Source of the DNA: Squalus acanthias | Taxonomy: Eukaryota | DNA length: 64,000 nt | Assembly: GCA_030390025.1 (NCBI GenBank) | Contig: CM059433.1 | Span: 31,250,001-31,314,000, forward strand | Reading direction: 5' to 3' | In this document: piece after piece, positions 13,529 to 25,439 of the stretch | Position numbering within the stretch: the first letter of the stretch is position 1 | Layout: the number at the start of each line of letters is the position of its first letter | Translations under genes and position numbers: made by a program | Notes under the pieces: model-generated | Seen by the model: the letters and a program-made list of their open reading frames with translations, nothing else | Database searches by the model: none | Told to the model about the DNA's origin: nothing

Positions 13529-13822
13529 GAGGTGTGCCAAAATGCTGGTCATTTTTTTATTAAAGGCCGAGGGTCGTGGTCCAACTTTTGTTTAGTGTTT
13601 TGGACATTATCTCCAGGTTGTGAGAACCAGTTATGTTATTGACTGTTTTTTTGTGTTTATTTCTATGAGTTTGTCATGAGGAATTGACACACACAGAGTT
13701 TGTAAAATAAATAAGTTTCTGTTTTCAAAATATACATGGCTGGTGCTTGGAATTATTGGTGCCTTGGCCGGCTTAGGGGTTGCGTGCTGGGTTGATTCGT
13801 GTTTGTAGCAATGGCAGGGGCC

Positions 13823-14983
13823 CTAGAAGCGGCTTGCTATTAGTCGTTGACGGACGGCCCTTGCAGTTTGACCATTGTGGGCCGCCCTCCCGCCTTGGTG
13901 CTGCTGATGATCATCGTCCTCGTCCTCTTCCTCCTCTTCCTCCTCCTCCTCTGGTGGTGCTACAAGGCCTGGTGGCATTGGCTGGGTCCTGAGGATTGCC
14001 ATGTTGTGCAACATGCAGCACACGACTACGAAGTTCGAAACTTGCTCAGGCGAGTACTGCAGGGCTCCTCCGGAATGGTCCAGACAGCGGAACCGTTGTT
14101 TCAGCACGCCGATTGTGCGCTCAATAATGTTCCTGGTTGCTTGATGGCTTTCATTGTACCGCAGCTCAGCAGGGGTGTTTGGAATACGGAGCGGTGTCAT
14201 CAGCCAGGTGCTCAATGCGTACCCCTTGTCCCCCAGAAGCCAACCAACTGGCTGATGCGGTGCCTCGAAAACTTCTGCCACAGTAGTCTGGCGCAGGATG
14301 AAAGCATCGTGGCAGCTGCCCGGATAGTGGGCATTGACAGCGAGTATCACCTGTCTGTGGTCACAGACCAACTGCACATTCAAGGAATGGAACCCCTTCC
14401 TGTTCCTGAATTCCTCTGCATTCTCTCGCGGAGCACGCAAAGCCACATGCGTGCAGTCAATGGCGCCCTGCACCATGGGGAAGCCCGCTACCCTCGTAAA
14501 GCCCAGAGCACGGTCACGCTGCTTGTCTGGGGTCATAGGGAAAGAGATGAAGTCTCGTCTCCTTCTGAAGAGGGCATTGGTGACCTGACGGATGCAGCGA
14601 TGCACCGCAAACTGGGAGATATTGGCGAGGTCCCCAGCAGCAGCTTGGAATGAGCCAGTGGCGTAGAAGTTCAAAGCCACTGTGACCTTCACTGCCACCG
14701 ACAGAGACGTCCTGGACCTCAGCTGAGGCTGCAGATCTGGCTGCAGCAGGTGGCAGAGCTCAGTGACCACCTCCTTGCTGAATCGCAGCCTCCGCAAACA
14801 CAGCTCCTCGGACATATGGATGTAGGAGAGCTGTTCACGATATACCCTGGGAGGGTAAGCTCTCCTGTACATGCGCCTGATGGCCCTCCTCCGTCTGGCC
14901 ATCATTGCCACTCTCTGTCTGCGTCTCTGTATCCTCCGATTCAGCTGGAGCAGGACGACGCCCCCAATCATTGCAGCCCCCAT
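13823..14983 (-). CDS. Harbinger/PIF DDE transposase (HARBI1-like family), 386 aa from the ATG at 14983, uninterrupted
   Basis: HTH region (LNFYATGSFQ...ISQFAVHRCI), GAIDCTH (D), NRKGFHSLNVQLVCD, PGSCHD, LLGDKGY (D), RNIIERTIGVLKQRFRCL (E), CCMLHN, acidic tail, RQRLIASRF. Confidence 0.95.
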   Translation of the reverse strand: MGAAMIGGVVLLQLNRRIQRRRQRVAMMARRRRAIRRMYRRAYPPRVYREQLSYIHMSEELCLRRLRFSKEVVTELCHLLQPDLQPQLRSRTSLSVAVKVTVALNFYATGSFQAAAGDLANISQFAVHRCIRQVTNALFRRRRDFISFPMTPDKQRDRALGFTRVAGFPMVQGAIDCTHVALRAPRENAEEFRNRKGFHSLNVQLVCDHRQVILAVNAHYPGSCHDAFILRQTTVAEVFEAPHQPVGWLLGDKGYALSTWLMTPLRIPNTPAELRYNESHQATRNIIERTIGVLKQRFRCLDHSGGALQYSPEQVSNFVVVCCMLHNMAILRTQPMPPGLVAPPEEEEEEEEEDEDDDHQQHQGGRAAHNGQTARAVRQRLIASRF

Positions 14984-15680
14984 ATTCTCTTTGCCAGAAA
15001 AGTAATGAGGTACAGCAACTAAAGTAGCAACAAAGTTAGGATGAATAGGCAAAACTACCTCACAAAGCGTTGAGTCAATGTAGAAGTCTCTCTCTCTCTC
15101 TCCCCGAATCTCTCTCTCTCTCTCAGAACGAGTGGTGCATAAATGTCGACCACAGAAAAAGACAGGAAGAGGCCCCCTTTAAATAGCGCCCCCCCCAGCC
15201 CCACACCGATTGATAACGTTCCAGTCTTCCGGTCGTTGGAAGCGCCAGGCGGTAAGGCAGGGGGCGCCACTCAATTTCCGCTACGGGGCGCCCCAAGGGC
15301 GTTGCACCATGGAATGACGTCACAATCTGCGCGCGCAGGTGGTCGCAGCGGTAAGTTTTAGCGCCGCCGCACAATCTCAAGTTAAGTTCTCGAGCGGCGC
15401 AAACAGCGCTGTGCCCGGGCGTTAGCGGCTTAACACCCCATTAGCGCCCTCTTAAGGCGCTAACAGGAGGCGCAACCAAGTGAATTTTTACCCCATGTTG
15501 TTTTACAGTCCCATGTCTTTCCGGACAGTAAATTTGAAGTATCTTCATGATCTTTATAACTCTGCAGTTTTCTTCTAGCTTAAAAACGATGGTTTATCAC
15601 TGGCTGAAGTTACAGTGCAGCTGCTATGAAGCTCAAATGTGATGACCTCAAGATGGTCTCACACCGTTTGCCAAAACACA

Positions 15681-17527
15681 GGACTGGATTTTACCAACCT
15701 CGGCGGGTCCAGGGCGGGCGACGTCCTTGGCGAGTCCTGACCCCACAGCTGTGTCGATCCGGGCCTCCGACATGATTTTATGATGATTGGGCTTGTTAAG
15801 CCCACCCTGCGAAGTTTCCGGCCAATTAAAAGGAAGCGGGTCTGATGACGTCATCTGATGATGCGTCATCAGCCGGTTTCCTCAAAGGGTCCATGTCCAC
15901 ATTCATTTTGACAGTTGTGCTGTCAGTGTTCTGCAGCATTAATGTGCTGCAAACAATGACAAGCACTGCATAAAGTTGCACCGCTGCACCCGGACTCTCC
16001 CATGACTCCCTCCATATGCTTATGGAAGGAGTCACAGCACGCAGAGAGGTTCTCTTCCCTTCCAATGGGCGGAGGAGACCTCCCCAGGAGACCAACGCAG
16101 CCTGGTTACACATTGCACAGGAGGGCACAAGTAGGGATGTCGTCAGGAGTCCCTGGCTGCAGTGGCACAAACCTTTCAATGATCTCAGTAGATCACAAAA
16201 AGTTACTGCAAAGCCACACTCAGCCTCATCCTGCTGTGCCACTCATCACATCCCCATTGCTCTGCCTTCCCTACCCTACTCCTACGCATCCTTACTCAAC
16301 TTACCTTGCACCTCCACCCATCCCTCTCTATCTATATTATAACTTCCCCATTTCACTAGCCACCCCTCACACTCACCCTCATCCTAGTGCAATCATACCA
16401 ACTAACAACACACAAGGGTAGGCAGTTGGTTGTTATCACCAATGTTCATGTAAAGTTTCTGTTAATGTGTTGTCAAACATTGAAATATTTATATTCAACA
16501 CTTTGTCTTCTTGGACAGATCAGTGTACACCTTTGGATGTGGCTTAATGAGTAAATGGTGAGGCATAACGGTACCCCCCCCAATGGTGATGAGTGTGAAA
16601 GAAATTGCTTGGGCATTGTAGGGATGCTTTATGGTGTTGGTGTGGGGTGGTATCAACCTGGCACATCATGTGGCAGCCAGAGGGTGCACAGCGTCAAGTG
16701 AAGTAAATCTGGCCATGGTGAGGCCATCCCTGGTGTCCTGGGCAGCAATGTGCTCAGGTGCTGATGCCCTGTGTCCTGGTGATTGCTAGAAGGTTGGTGC
16801 TGTTGTTGGTGCTGCTGGTGTGCCTGGTGTTGCTGGTGTGCCCAGTGATGTTGGTGTTGGGGCTGATCGTGGTGGGATTTTGAGGACCAAGGTGAGATTC
16901 TTTCAAGGGCACCGATGCTGATGGAATAGATGGCAGCTGAAGTTGCGATGACAGAAGCGATCTGTCAATGGTGAGAGAGGTTGCTCCAAGGAGGTGACAC
17001 TGGATAGCGAGTTTGCTCCAAACACTTCAAACCTCCGTAAAGCTGAAAAGTGTATTCCAAATCCTGAAGGCTCCAGCTTCTAAGAGTGGAAATTGAACAG
17101 CTGAGAAATGATAGCTTTTATACCACTTTTGCAGCTGTCAACTATGCACAGCAATGGAGAGTCATTGAGAACCCGACACACTTATCTGACATGATCCCCG
17201 AGCACCGGGATCCTTGTAAAAAACATGGAAAAATCGTTAGGACCTGGTAAAATGCTGCTTAAATACCTGGGAGATTCTCTCACAGCTACTCTACCTGAGG
17301 AAGGGGCGACAGCTCCGAAAGCACGGCATCTCCACATCATAAATACCTTTAAGCAGCTTCTTAAGTAGCTCAATTGCCTCACCCGTTGCTTAGTGCCGGG
17401 TCTGCAAACCACAGGCAGCGCCGGCACTTGGGAAATGAATAAGGAGGCGGGTTCAGTCAATGACTGCCATTTAGACAGCAGACCTGCCTCCAAACTCACA
17501 CTCGCAGCGCCGGTAAGATTCCGACAT
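15681..17527. mobile_element. Non-autonomous Harbinger derivative with decayed Myb exon 1 (+, ~15960-16205) and collapsed transposase remnant (-, ~16690-16930)
   Basis: Ends GGACTGGATTTTACC / GGTAAGATTCCGAC; LMEGVTARREVLFPSNGRRRPPQETNAAWLHIA...WLQWHKPFNDL; minus-strand Q/H-rich tract then AQDTRDGLTMARF. Confidence 0.8.
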
Positions 17528-18367
17528 CAGTCACTCTCAGCGACTTCATACTGTGTTCCGTGAACCAATGTGTTGTGGAAACTACATCACGCCAACACAA
17601 AAGCTGCGGGAGAACCGAACTCTCAGACTACAAAACTTTGTGAGGCTTCTGCCGAGGTTCCAGGGCACGAAAGCTAAATGACTGGTTAAATTAAAAAGAT
17701 GAGCTGAAGTGAGAAATGAACGATGAGTGGCACCAAGCCAACAACCTTCACCTTCTTCTGGAGTGTCCGGCATATAACATTGCATACTAATGACTGAAGA
17801 GGAGCCTGGAAAAGGGTCTGATGAGAGTGCCAGACCAGCAGCATATCAAGGGAGCACCAATGTAATGGAAGGAGAGCGTGGAGCATGTTCAAGTAGGTCA
17901 GTCAGGGTTAGGAAATGAGGCAGCAACTAAAATCTCAATGATGTTAGCAACCTAGGTAAGTACTACCAGGGCTGACCTACTTTTAACATTGGGATAATCT
18001 GCATTCTTTTAATTATTACAAGCCTCTTATCTAACAACATAAACGCTGACAGGTTACATCAGTCACTGAGCTAAAGTAATTTGTGTCAGACTATTTTTCT
18101 GTATTGAAGGAGCCATAAAAATGTTCCATGTTATTCACAACACTGTTACTACAATCTAGCTAATAAAGCAATCTGATTCATGCCAATCAGATCAGATCTT
18201 TTTCATCTTAGCTCCAAGTTTACTTTACTTTCTGCGATACAATTTATTCTTAAATAGCTTGATAGGGTAATTCGTTCAAATCTGACTTTGAAAATGTTAA
18301 AACTCAGTGCCCATTCTCATCAATAATGTAGTTATGAATCAATAAGTTTTCATTGGGATAGTGATGC

Positions 18368-18489
18368 TGTAATGTATTATCACATGGTTTAGTATGAGCA
18401 TGCTCAGTTCACTCTGGCTGAGTAAAGCAAGGTCATGAACTAGCAACTGGTGTCTCTGTCCTTCATTTGTTCTACCCATATATGTTATA
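18368..18489 (+). repeat. 5' LTR (122 bp)
   Basis: Starts TGTAAT; near-identical to 23445-23589. Confidence 0.9.
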
Positions 18490-18493
18490 TTTT

Positions 18494-18511
18494 TGGCGAT
18501 GAGAATGGGAT
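18494..18511 (+). other. Primer-binding site, tRNA-Ser(GCU)-like
   Basis: TGGCGATGAGAATGGGAT versus TGGCGACGAGGATGGGAT, the complement of the vertebrate tRNA-Ser(GCU) 3' end as I recall it; 2 mismatches. Confidence 0.75.
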
Positions 18512-18546
18512 CCCAAAGCCATTTTTAGAGATCATGGAAAGACACT

Positions 18547-19407
18547 GGGCTGGATTTTACCTTAGATCCGGAGGTCGAGGCGGGACTGCTGGTTTTCGGG
18601 TTTCAGTCCCGTCCCCAGTGACGTCTGACGAACCGATGCTATTTTCCTTTGATTGATCTTGTTAAGCCCGCCTTGCGGGCTTGCCGGCCAATTAAGGGAA
18701 AGCCGGTGTCAGACGACGTCAGTGCATGACACTTCATCTGCCGGTTTTGTTAAAGTGACAGGCACCATAATATTTTGACAGCTGAATTGTTAGTGTTTGA
18801 CAGCATTGAGGTGCTGTCAAACACTGACAATCACTGTCCAAAGGTGAGCCCTTGCATCCAGGCTCTCCAATGACTCTCTCCTTAGGATGAAACAGATGGC
18901 AGCTGCATGTGAGATGGCAGAAGCCATCTGTCACTTCTCCCGATGAGATGAGGCTGCACAAACACATCACAACTTGTCACCTGCAGAAGCATCAAACCAC
19001 AGTGAAAAAAAATTCCCCAACATTCTCTCACCTGTCATAATTACCAGTGTCCCACTGCAGCCTTCACACTACCTCTGCAGCTGTCATTTCTACAGTTGCA
19101 TTACAATAGACCCACAGCTCGTCTCACTTACCCTGGCGGGGTTTCCCGACGTTGGGAAGCCCGCAGCAGTAGGCGCAAAATGGAAAAAAGCCTCTTAACT
19201 GCCGGTTAACTATCTGTTAACAGGCAGTTAATTGGTTCTAATCTCCTTCTCGCTGCTAGGAGACGGGTCCCTGCGCGAATTGGGGACCTGCCTCCCAGGA
19301 AGATCGTTTGGAGGCGGGTTGGGAGCGGGTTCGGGACCCGCTCTCATTTTTTACCATTTTGCCACCGGTCCTGCCTCCAAATCCGCCCCCTGAGCAAAAT
19401 CACCCCC
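18547..19407. mobile_element. Harbinger-type MITE in the Gypsy 5' leader
   Basis: TIRs GGGCTGGATTTTAC / GCAAAATCACCCCC; internal similarity to 34629-35473 and, inverted, to 41763-42246. Confidence 0.82.
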
Positions 19408-20352
19408 ACAGTGTTCAACCTTCGAGTGGAAAAGTTTAAGGTGAATTTGTGACATCTTAACTGAATTTTTTGTGACAATTTACTGTTCATACCGATGCAG
19501 AATTGTCTGTGCTTCACCTTCGTGTGTCTGTATACACAGCAACGGGGCATTGATTCTCACAGGTACACAGGCAGCGTGCTGAGTCACTGTTCAACGGGAT
19601 CGGGACAATCATGGCCACGCCTACGGGATTCATTGGAAACCTCGGCATGTATGACTGAGCTCGCAAACCAATCAGTTGTTACGTTGAGCGGATGGAGATG
19701 TTTTTTAAGGCCAATAACATTATTGAGACCGAAGGTGCAGATGAGAATGTTCAAGCTCAAAGTAAAGTAATTCGTGAATGTAAAAAAGCAATTTTCTAAT
19801 GGAGATCGGGCCAGATGTCTACAGAACGTTGACAAACCTACTCGTGCCAGGGAAAGTGAAGGATGTGTCGTTTGAAGACATTGTTGAGAAACTCGAGGAT
19901 CATTTTGACCCAAAGTTGTTAGAAATAGCAGAGAGCTATAAGTTTGGTACCAGAAACCAAAAAGAAAATGAAACCATCAGTGAGTACATTGTAGCTCCTA
20001 AAAACCTGTCTGTGCATTGTAACTTCGGCCCATTTTTGGATCATGCGTTGCGAGATAAGTTTGTGTGTGGACTGGTGGATGAGCGCACACAGTCCAAGTT
20101 ACTGAATTCTCCGAACCTAACGTTTGACATAGCATGTAAAATTGCCCTATCTGTGGAGATGGTGTCTAAGAATGCTGGGGAACTCCATCCAACTCAAGTG
20201 ACTAGTGCAGCTGAGGTCTATACTCACAAATCCACCGCCAAACCTAAAGCTGTGAGACCAAGTCGAAAGCATGACAGTGAGAGCAGTTCAGTGAATTGTT
20301 ATTGCTGTAATGGAAATCACTCACCACAGACCTGCCAATACAGAAAAGCGAA

Positions 20353-21073
20353 GGGGGAAAAATTGGGTTGTTTTGCGCCTCCCGTTAGCGCCCTGAGGAG
20401 GCGCTAACGGAGAGCAAAGCACCTAAACCCTGGGCGCGGCGCCGCTAACGTCTCCCGCGAAATTCAGCGGAAGGTTAGCGGTGGCAGTAGCCGGTAGCGC
20501 CCCGTGGCGCTGCACCGCCGGCGATGATATCATCGCCGTGCACAGCGCCCCGCTCGCGCCCCGGCCGCAAACTTCGCTTGCGCCCCCTGTCCTACCGCCG
20601 GACGCTATGTCTGACAGGGTCATGGTGCCGTGTTTGTGGCTGTGGTGGCACAAATTAAAGGGTAAGTGCCGGGCGGCAATTTTTTTTGGGCCGCCTGCCA
20701 GCACCTGCCCCCTTTTGCCTGCTCCTGCGGGGTGCCAGGCTCTTTTGCCAGCACCCCGCTCCCCAGTGGTCCGGCAGGGCCCCGGTGCATGCTGCGCTAG
20801 GCCCCTCCCCTTTAATCAGGGGAGGGAGGCCTGCAGTACCGCGGTGCTATGTGCCGGCACGCGTGGCGCTGTTGCACGTAGCGGCATGATATTGAATGGC
20901 GATATTGAATGGTAGCGCCCCAAGAGGGAGGGGGATAGCTTCCAGTAGCGCCCCGCCTCCTGCTTGGGGCGCTACCATTCAATTTCCAGTGCGAGGGCGT
21001 TAACTTGTTCTAAACTAAAAGTAGTGCCCCGGCGAAGTTAGCCCCAAAGGGGGCGTGACCCAATTTTTCCCCC
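20353..21073. mobile_element. Harbinger-type MITE in Gypsy gag, related to the element at 11.7-15.5 kb
   Basis: TIRs GGGGGAAAAATTGGGT / ACCCAATTTTTCCCCC; flanks GAA/AAA; removing it plus 3 nt restores the frame RKAK-CFHCQKQGYISIAC. Confidence 0.92.
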
Positions 21074-23444
21074 AAAGTGTTTTCACTGCCAGAAGCAAGG
21101 CTATATTTCAATAGCTTGCAGAGCTAGATCTAAAGCAGGAAGTAAGAACCATTCTAGTAGCAATGCAACGCAGCAACAACAAAAGGGAGGAATTCACAAT
21201 ATTGAAGTGAACACACCTGATATTGAAGAACTAGGCACCTACAGTATCTATGCCACTAGCGGCAACACCAGCAGTCGTGAGAAAGACTTCCGTACAAAAC
21301 TTTTGATCAATGACCAATATATTGATATGTGTATCGACACGGCAGCGGACTGCTCTATCATGAGTAAGGACACATATGAGAGTATGTTTAATCAGATACC
21401 ACTTACAAAGAATACCTTAGAGTTAAAAATCTACTCCGGAGGAATCCTAGAGAATGTGGACAAATGAAATGTACAGTTCAGCACAACTGCCTGTCAGTAA
21501 AGCTGCCTATTATTGCAGCAAGCTACGACAGGCTAACCCTCATGGGCAATGACTGGTTGAGAAAGTTGAAACTAGACTGGAAAAACATCTTCAGTGTCGA
21601 TGCTTCAAAGAAGTGACTTGACACAATGCTGAACAAGTATAAAAGCATGTTCTCAGACAGTTATGGCGCGCATATCCGCATCAAGTCCAACATAAAGCCT
21701 GTCTATTTTAAGGCAAGGCCGGTCCCCTATGCGTTGAAAAGTCAGGTGGAGGAAGAGCTGGCAAAGCTCAGAGAGAACGGAGTGCTAGTAAAAACTGACA
21801 AAAGTGAATGTGCTACCCCGATTGTGGTATTGCCCAAAGCAAAGAAAACTGTACGCTTGTGCGGTGACTACAAAATTACTATCAACCAAGCAGTTGATGA
21901 TGAGCAATACCCGTTACCTACATCACAAGATTTGTATGCAGCACTCTCTGGGTCAAAGATTTTCTCTAAGCTTGACCTATCGCACGCTTATGCTCAGCTG
22001 AATGTTGACAAAGAGAGTCAACGGTAGCTCACTATCAACACACACAAGGGACTGTACTCATACACCAAGCTGCCGTATGGTGCAAAGTCCTCTCCCAAAA
22101 TCTTCCAGGCTACAATGGATAAGATTTTGCAAGGAATTCCAAATTGCTTATGCAATCAAGACGATGTGCTGATCGCAACAAGCAGCGAGGAAGTAAATCT
22201 AGAAGTGTTAGAGTTAGTGCTTCAAAGGTTGCATTCCCACAATGTCAAATTGAAAAGGAGCAAATACGCTTTTGTGTAGCCCAAGGTTGCATACCTTGGT
22301 TTGAAAGTTGATGCAAATGGCTTGCAACCAGTTAAGGAAAAGGTTGATGCTGTCATCAATGCTCCAAAGCCACAGAACGTGTCTGAGTTAAGATCTTTCC
22401 TTGGAATGGTCCAGTACTACGCATGTTTCTTACCTGAGTTAGTGACCATGTTAGCTCCATTGCACGAGCTCCTCAAGAAGGTTGTCCAGTGGAAGTGGAC
22501 AAAAGCGTAACAGGAAGCTTACGACGCTTGTAAGAGAAGTCTCTCTAGCGATGCTCTACTTGTGTACTATGACACAGAACGTGAGCTTAAGTTAGCGTGC
22601 GATGCTTCTAGCTATGGTGTGGGAGCTGTCACAAGCCACATAATGGATGACGGCCAAGAGTGCATCGCGAACCCTCACAAAGAGCGAAAGAAATTATGTG
22701 AAAATTGAAAAGGAAGCACTCGCCATAGTGTTTGAAATCAAGAAATTCCAATAGTTCCTGATCGGCCGAAACTTTACCCTGATAACTGATCCCAAAACGC
22801 TCCTAGCAATATTGGAGCCCAAATCTGCCATCCCTGCAATGGCCGCATCAAGAATGCAACATTGAGCAGAGTTGTTGTCACAATATGACTACACGACTGA
22901 ATCTCGCACTTCAAAGCAAAATGCAATCGCAGATGCCTTGTCCAGGTTACCACATGAAGACTCATGTGTTGGGAGTGATGGTGAGATTTACACACTAGGT
23001 GCAGTTGACAAAGACTTTCCCGTGAATGCAACTGAGATTGCCGATGAGACGCAAAAGGACTCAGTACTGAAAAGAGTGTATGAAAACACCTTGAATGGAT
23101 GGGCTGTTCAGTGTCTGGACACAGAGTTGAAACCATTCCATAACCGTTGTACTGAATTGTCTTGTGAGCAAGGTTGTATCAAGGGGGGAAACAGAGTTGT
23201 GGTACCTACCTCTTTGAGTTCGGAACCAAAACAAAACAGCCCGAAAATTGGTTCAACACCAAAACCTTTTGTAAGGAGATCAGGAAGGCTCCGCAAACCT
23301 GTTATTAAACTGGATTTGTAGTTCATTTAAAAGAAAAAAAGCCAGTTTTTGTTATGTGGTACATGTAATGCTGGGAAAAGTGGGACCATAGTCTTGCTGT
23401 ATTTGAGAGGGGAATATGTGCATTTTTTTTAAGCGGAAAGCAGA

Positions 23445-23589
23445 TTAACGTATTATCACATGGTTTGTCGCATGGTTTGTCACATGGTTTAGTATGAGCA
23501 TGCTCAGTTCACTCTGGCCTAGTAAAGCAAGCTCATGAACTAGCAACTGGTGTCTCTGTCCTTCATTTGTTCTACCTACATATATTACA
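23445..23589 (+). repeat. 3' LTR, preceded by a purine-rich tract
   Basis: Matches the 5' LTR with two extra TC(A/G)CATGGTTTG units; ends ATTACA; AAGCGGAAAGCAGA immediately upstream. Confidence 0.88.
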
Positions 23590-23629
23590 GGTGCCCTGTT
23601 GTATGCATACAGAAAGGGTGCAATGATAC

Positions 23630-23955
23630 CTTATTCTGTAACCTCCTCCAGCCCTACAACTCTCCGAGATCTCTGTGTTCCTCCAATTCTGGCCTCTTGT
23701 GCATCCCCGATTACCTTTACCTCAGAATTGCCTTCTGCTGCCTCGGCCCCAAGCTCTGGAATTCCCTCCCTAAACCTCGCCACCTCTCTCTCCTCCTTTA
23801 ACTTGCTCCTTAAACCAACCTCTTTGACCAAGCTCCTGTCCTAATATCTCCTTATGTGACTCGGTATCAAATTATGTTTGATAACGCTCCTGAGAAGTGC
23901 CTTGGAACGTTTTACTATGTTAAAGGTGCTATGTAAATGCAAGTTGTTGTTGTTG
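23630..23955 (+). mobile_element. L2-type LINE 3' fragment
   Basis: NLLQPYNSPRSLCSSNSGLL...AFCCLGPKLWNSLP; tail GCTATGTAAATGCAAG(TTG)n. Confidence 0.75.
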
Positions 23956-23964
23956 GGTGAGGAA

Positions 23965-24350
23965 AGATTGGATAGTGCAATGGGTTAGATATTGGCCTTT
24001 TCACCTCAGAGGGTGGAAGACTGGATGGTTCAGTGGACCTTTCATCTCTGGAACCTGGGTTCAAATCCAGACAGTTAGGTTGAAAGTTTCCTCTGACGGC
24101 TGTAAGGCTCCAATGTGAAATGGATTGGGGCACTTTCAACCCAGCTCCAGGTGAGATTGGGTCAAAGGATAGCTAGTGTGGGAACTGGAAAATTATCACA
24201 TTAGTGCAGTAAATAGGCTCTGTTGAGGTTGGGGGTTGAAGCACGATGTTAGGACAAAGTGGAACGATCTATACACTGAATCTAATTATGCTACTCTGAT
24301 CTTGGATTGCTCGATATTAACACTGGGCGCCCAAAATAGAAAATGTCCCA
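23965..24350 (+). mobile_element. Old tRNA-derived SINE (LF-SINE-like head)
   Basis: GCCTTTTCACCTC...CCTGGGTTCAAATCCAG B-box-like head; family identity uncertain. Confidence 0.4.
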
Positions 24351-24374
24351 TTATTAATTACAATCAGTCTATCT

Positions 24375-24932
24375 CCTTAACAAATGAAATTTAAGGATTG
24401 AGAAAGAAACAGTGGAATGATGCAGAAGTAAATAGGGTGAATTAGAGTAAAATTAGGTACAGAAAGAGAAATAAAGAGAGGCAAACAAAGATTGGATTGA
24501 GACAGAGAAAGAAGAGACAGAAAAGAAAAGGAAAAATATACATTTTAAATTTGACATTTCTAAAATCTCAAACAACAATTTCTTACATACAGGAATGAAA
24601 ATGAACAGTTTAAATTGTTCTTTTCTGGGCAATAGAGGTTGATTGGCATTTCATTAACAATTATCACATTGCTAAAAGGGTACTGATGCTCTTTATTACC
24701 AGCCCTCATTTTCTGCAGCATGTTTAATGGGCAATTAATGTGTAAATCCAGCAAGCTCTTAAAAATAACGGAGAGGTTGCTTGTGCAAAGCAAACGGTGA
24801 AGCGGCATAAATCGACCAGCAAGTTCTGGAGATTTGCAACTCACAGCGTATCTCTTCATCCCCTGATGTTGCTGGCCAACTTGCTCATTAACAACGCCGT
24901 GCATCGTTATTTTTCCAGCACAATCTGGCCCA
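24375..24932. mobile_element. Partial copy of the 10406-11548 MITE family
   Basis: Shared GGATTGAGAAAGAAA, GAGGTTGATTGGCAT, TTTAATGGGCAATTAATG; right end GCACAATCTGGCCC. Confidence 0.7.
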
Positions 24933-25439
24933 TTAAGGTAAATGCTACAAACTTCCTCCCTTTGCACACCTGCAGAGCCCTGCAGGACTTTTGTCCATTG
25001 ATTTTAATGACATGGTAATAGGACTATATATTAAGAGGGGTTAAAGGCATTCACTTAATATACTTCTTTGCTCATTATCTCCCAATTTTTCTTCTCCTAT
25101 CCTGAATCTGGTGACTCATGGTTGGGGTATGGATCCACAGGACTGGTGGCCTCCAACTGCTCACCCAAGAAGGGCACTTATTAGTGTTGCCTGGTTATTC
25201 CCACATGGGGGCATCACAGCTGATCCCAATTCTCTTTCACCCAACATCCATTTTTGCAGCAGGGGTCATGGGCAACCTTCATGGTCTGCACATCGAAGAA
25301 CTACACCTCTGTGCCTGCTTTGTACAATATCTCTGCACCTGCTTTGCGATGTAGGGCTGATTGCAAGTGACTATTCTGTGCAATGTTCATTTTTATAATG
25401 TAAATAATTCTACTCATACTTGTGATTATTATACACATC

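Larger units (their letters stand above)
11690..15494. mobile_element. PIF/Harbinger DNA transposon, two convergent genes; right TIR present, left TIR not found (left boundary approximate)
   Basis: Myb/SANT gene (+) and DDE transposase (-) tail-to-tail; right end GTGAATTTTTACCCC with TAGCGCC/GGCGCTA subterminal repeats. Confidence 0.92.
18368..23589 (+). mobile_element. Ty3/Gypsy LTR retrotransposon with short LTRs, decayed gag-pro-RT-RNase H, integrase core deleted
   Basis: LTRs 18368-18489 and ~23445-23589; TSD GATGC/GGTGC; PBS; gag from ATG 19611 (LRDKFVCGL, zinc knuckles); protease IDTAAD; RT RLCGDYK, FSKLDLSHAY; RNase H CDASSYG; many stops and frameshifts. Confidence 0.93.

Noticed and set aside
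13847..14653. 268-aa plus-strand ORF
   Set aside because: Antisense shadow of the GC-rich transposase with no recognisable motifs
13823..15052. Calling this the domesticated gene HARBI1, or using the 15052 start
   Set aside because: It sits in a transposon context with a TIR and partner gene and I have no orthology evidence; the 15052 start is non-ATG and the first ATG is at 14983
17530..17990. Possible exon or transposase relic (FREPMCCGNYITPTQKLRENRTLRLQ)
   Set aside because: Only a vague resemblance, with stops nearby; needs a translated profile search
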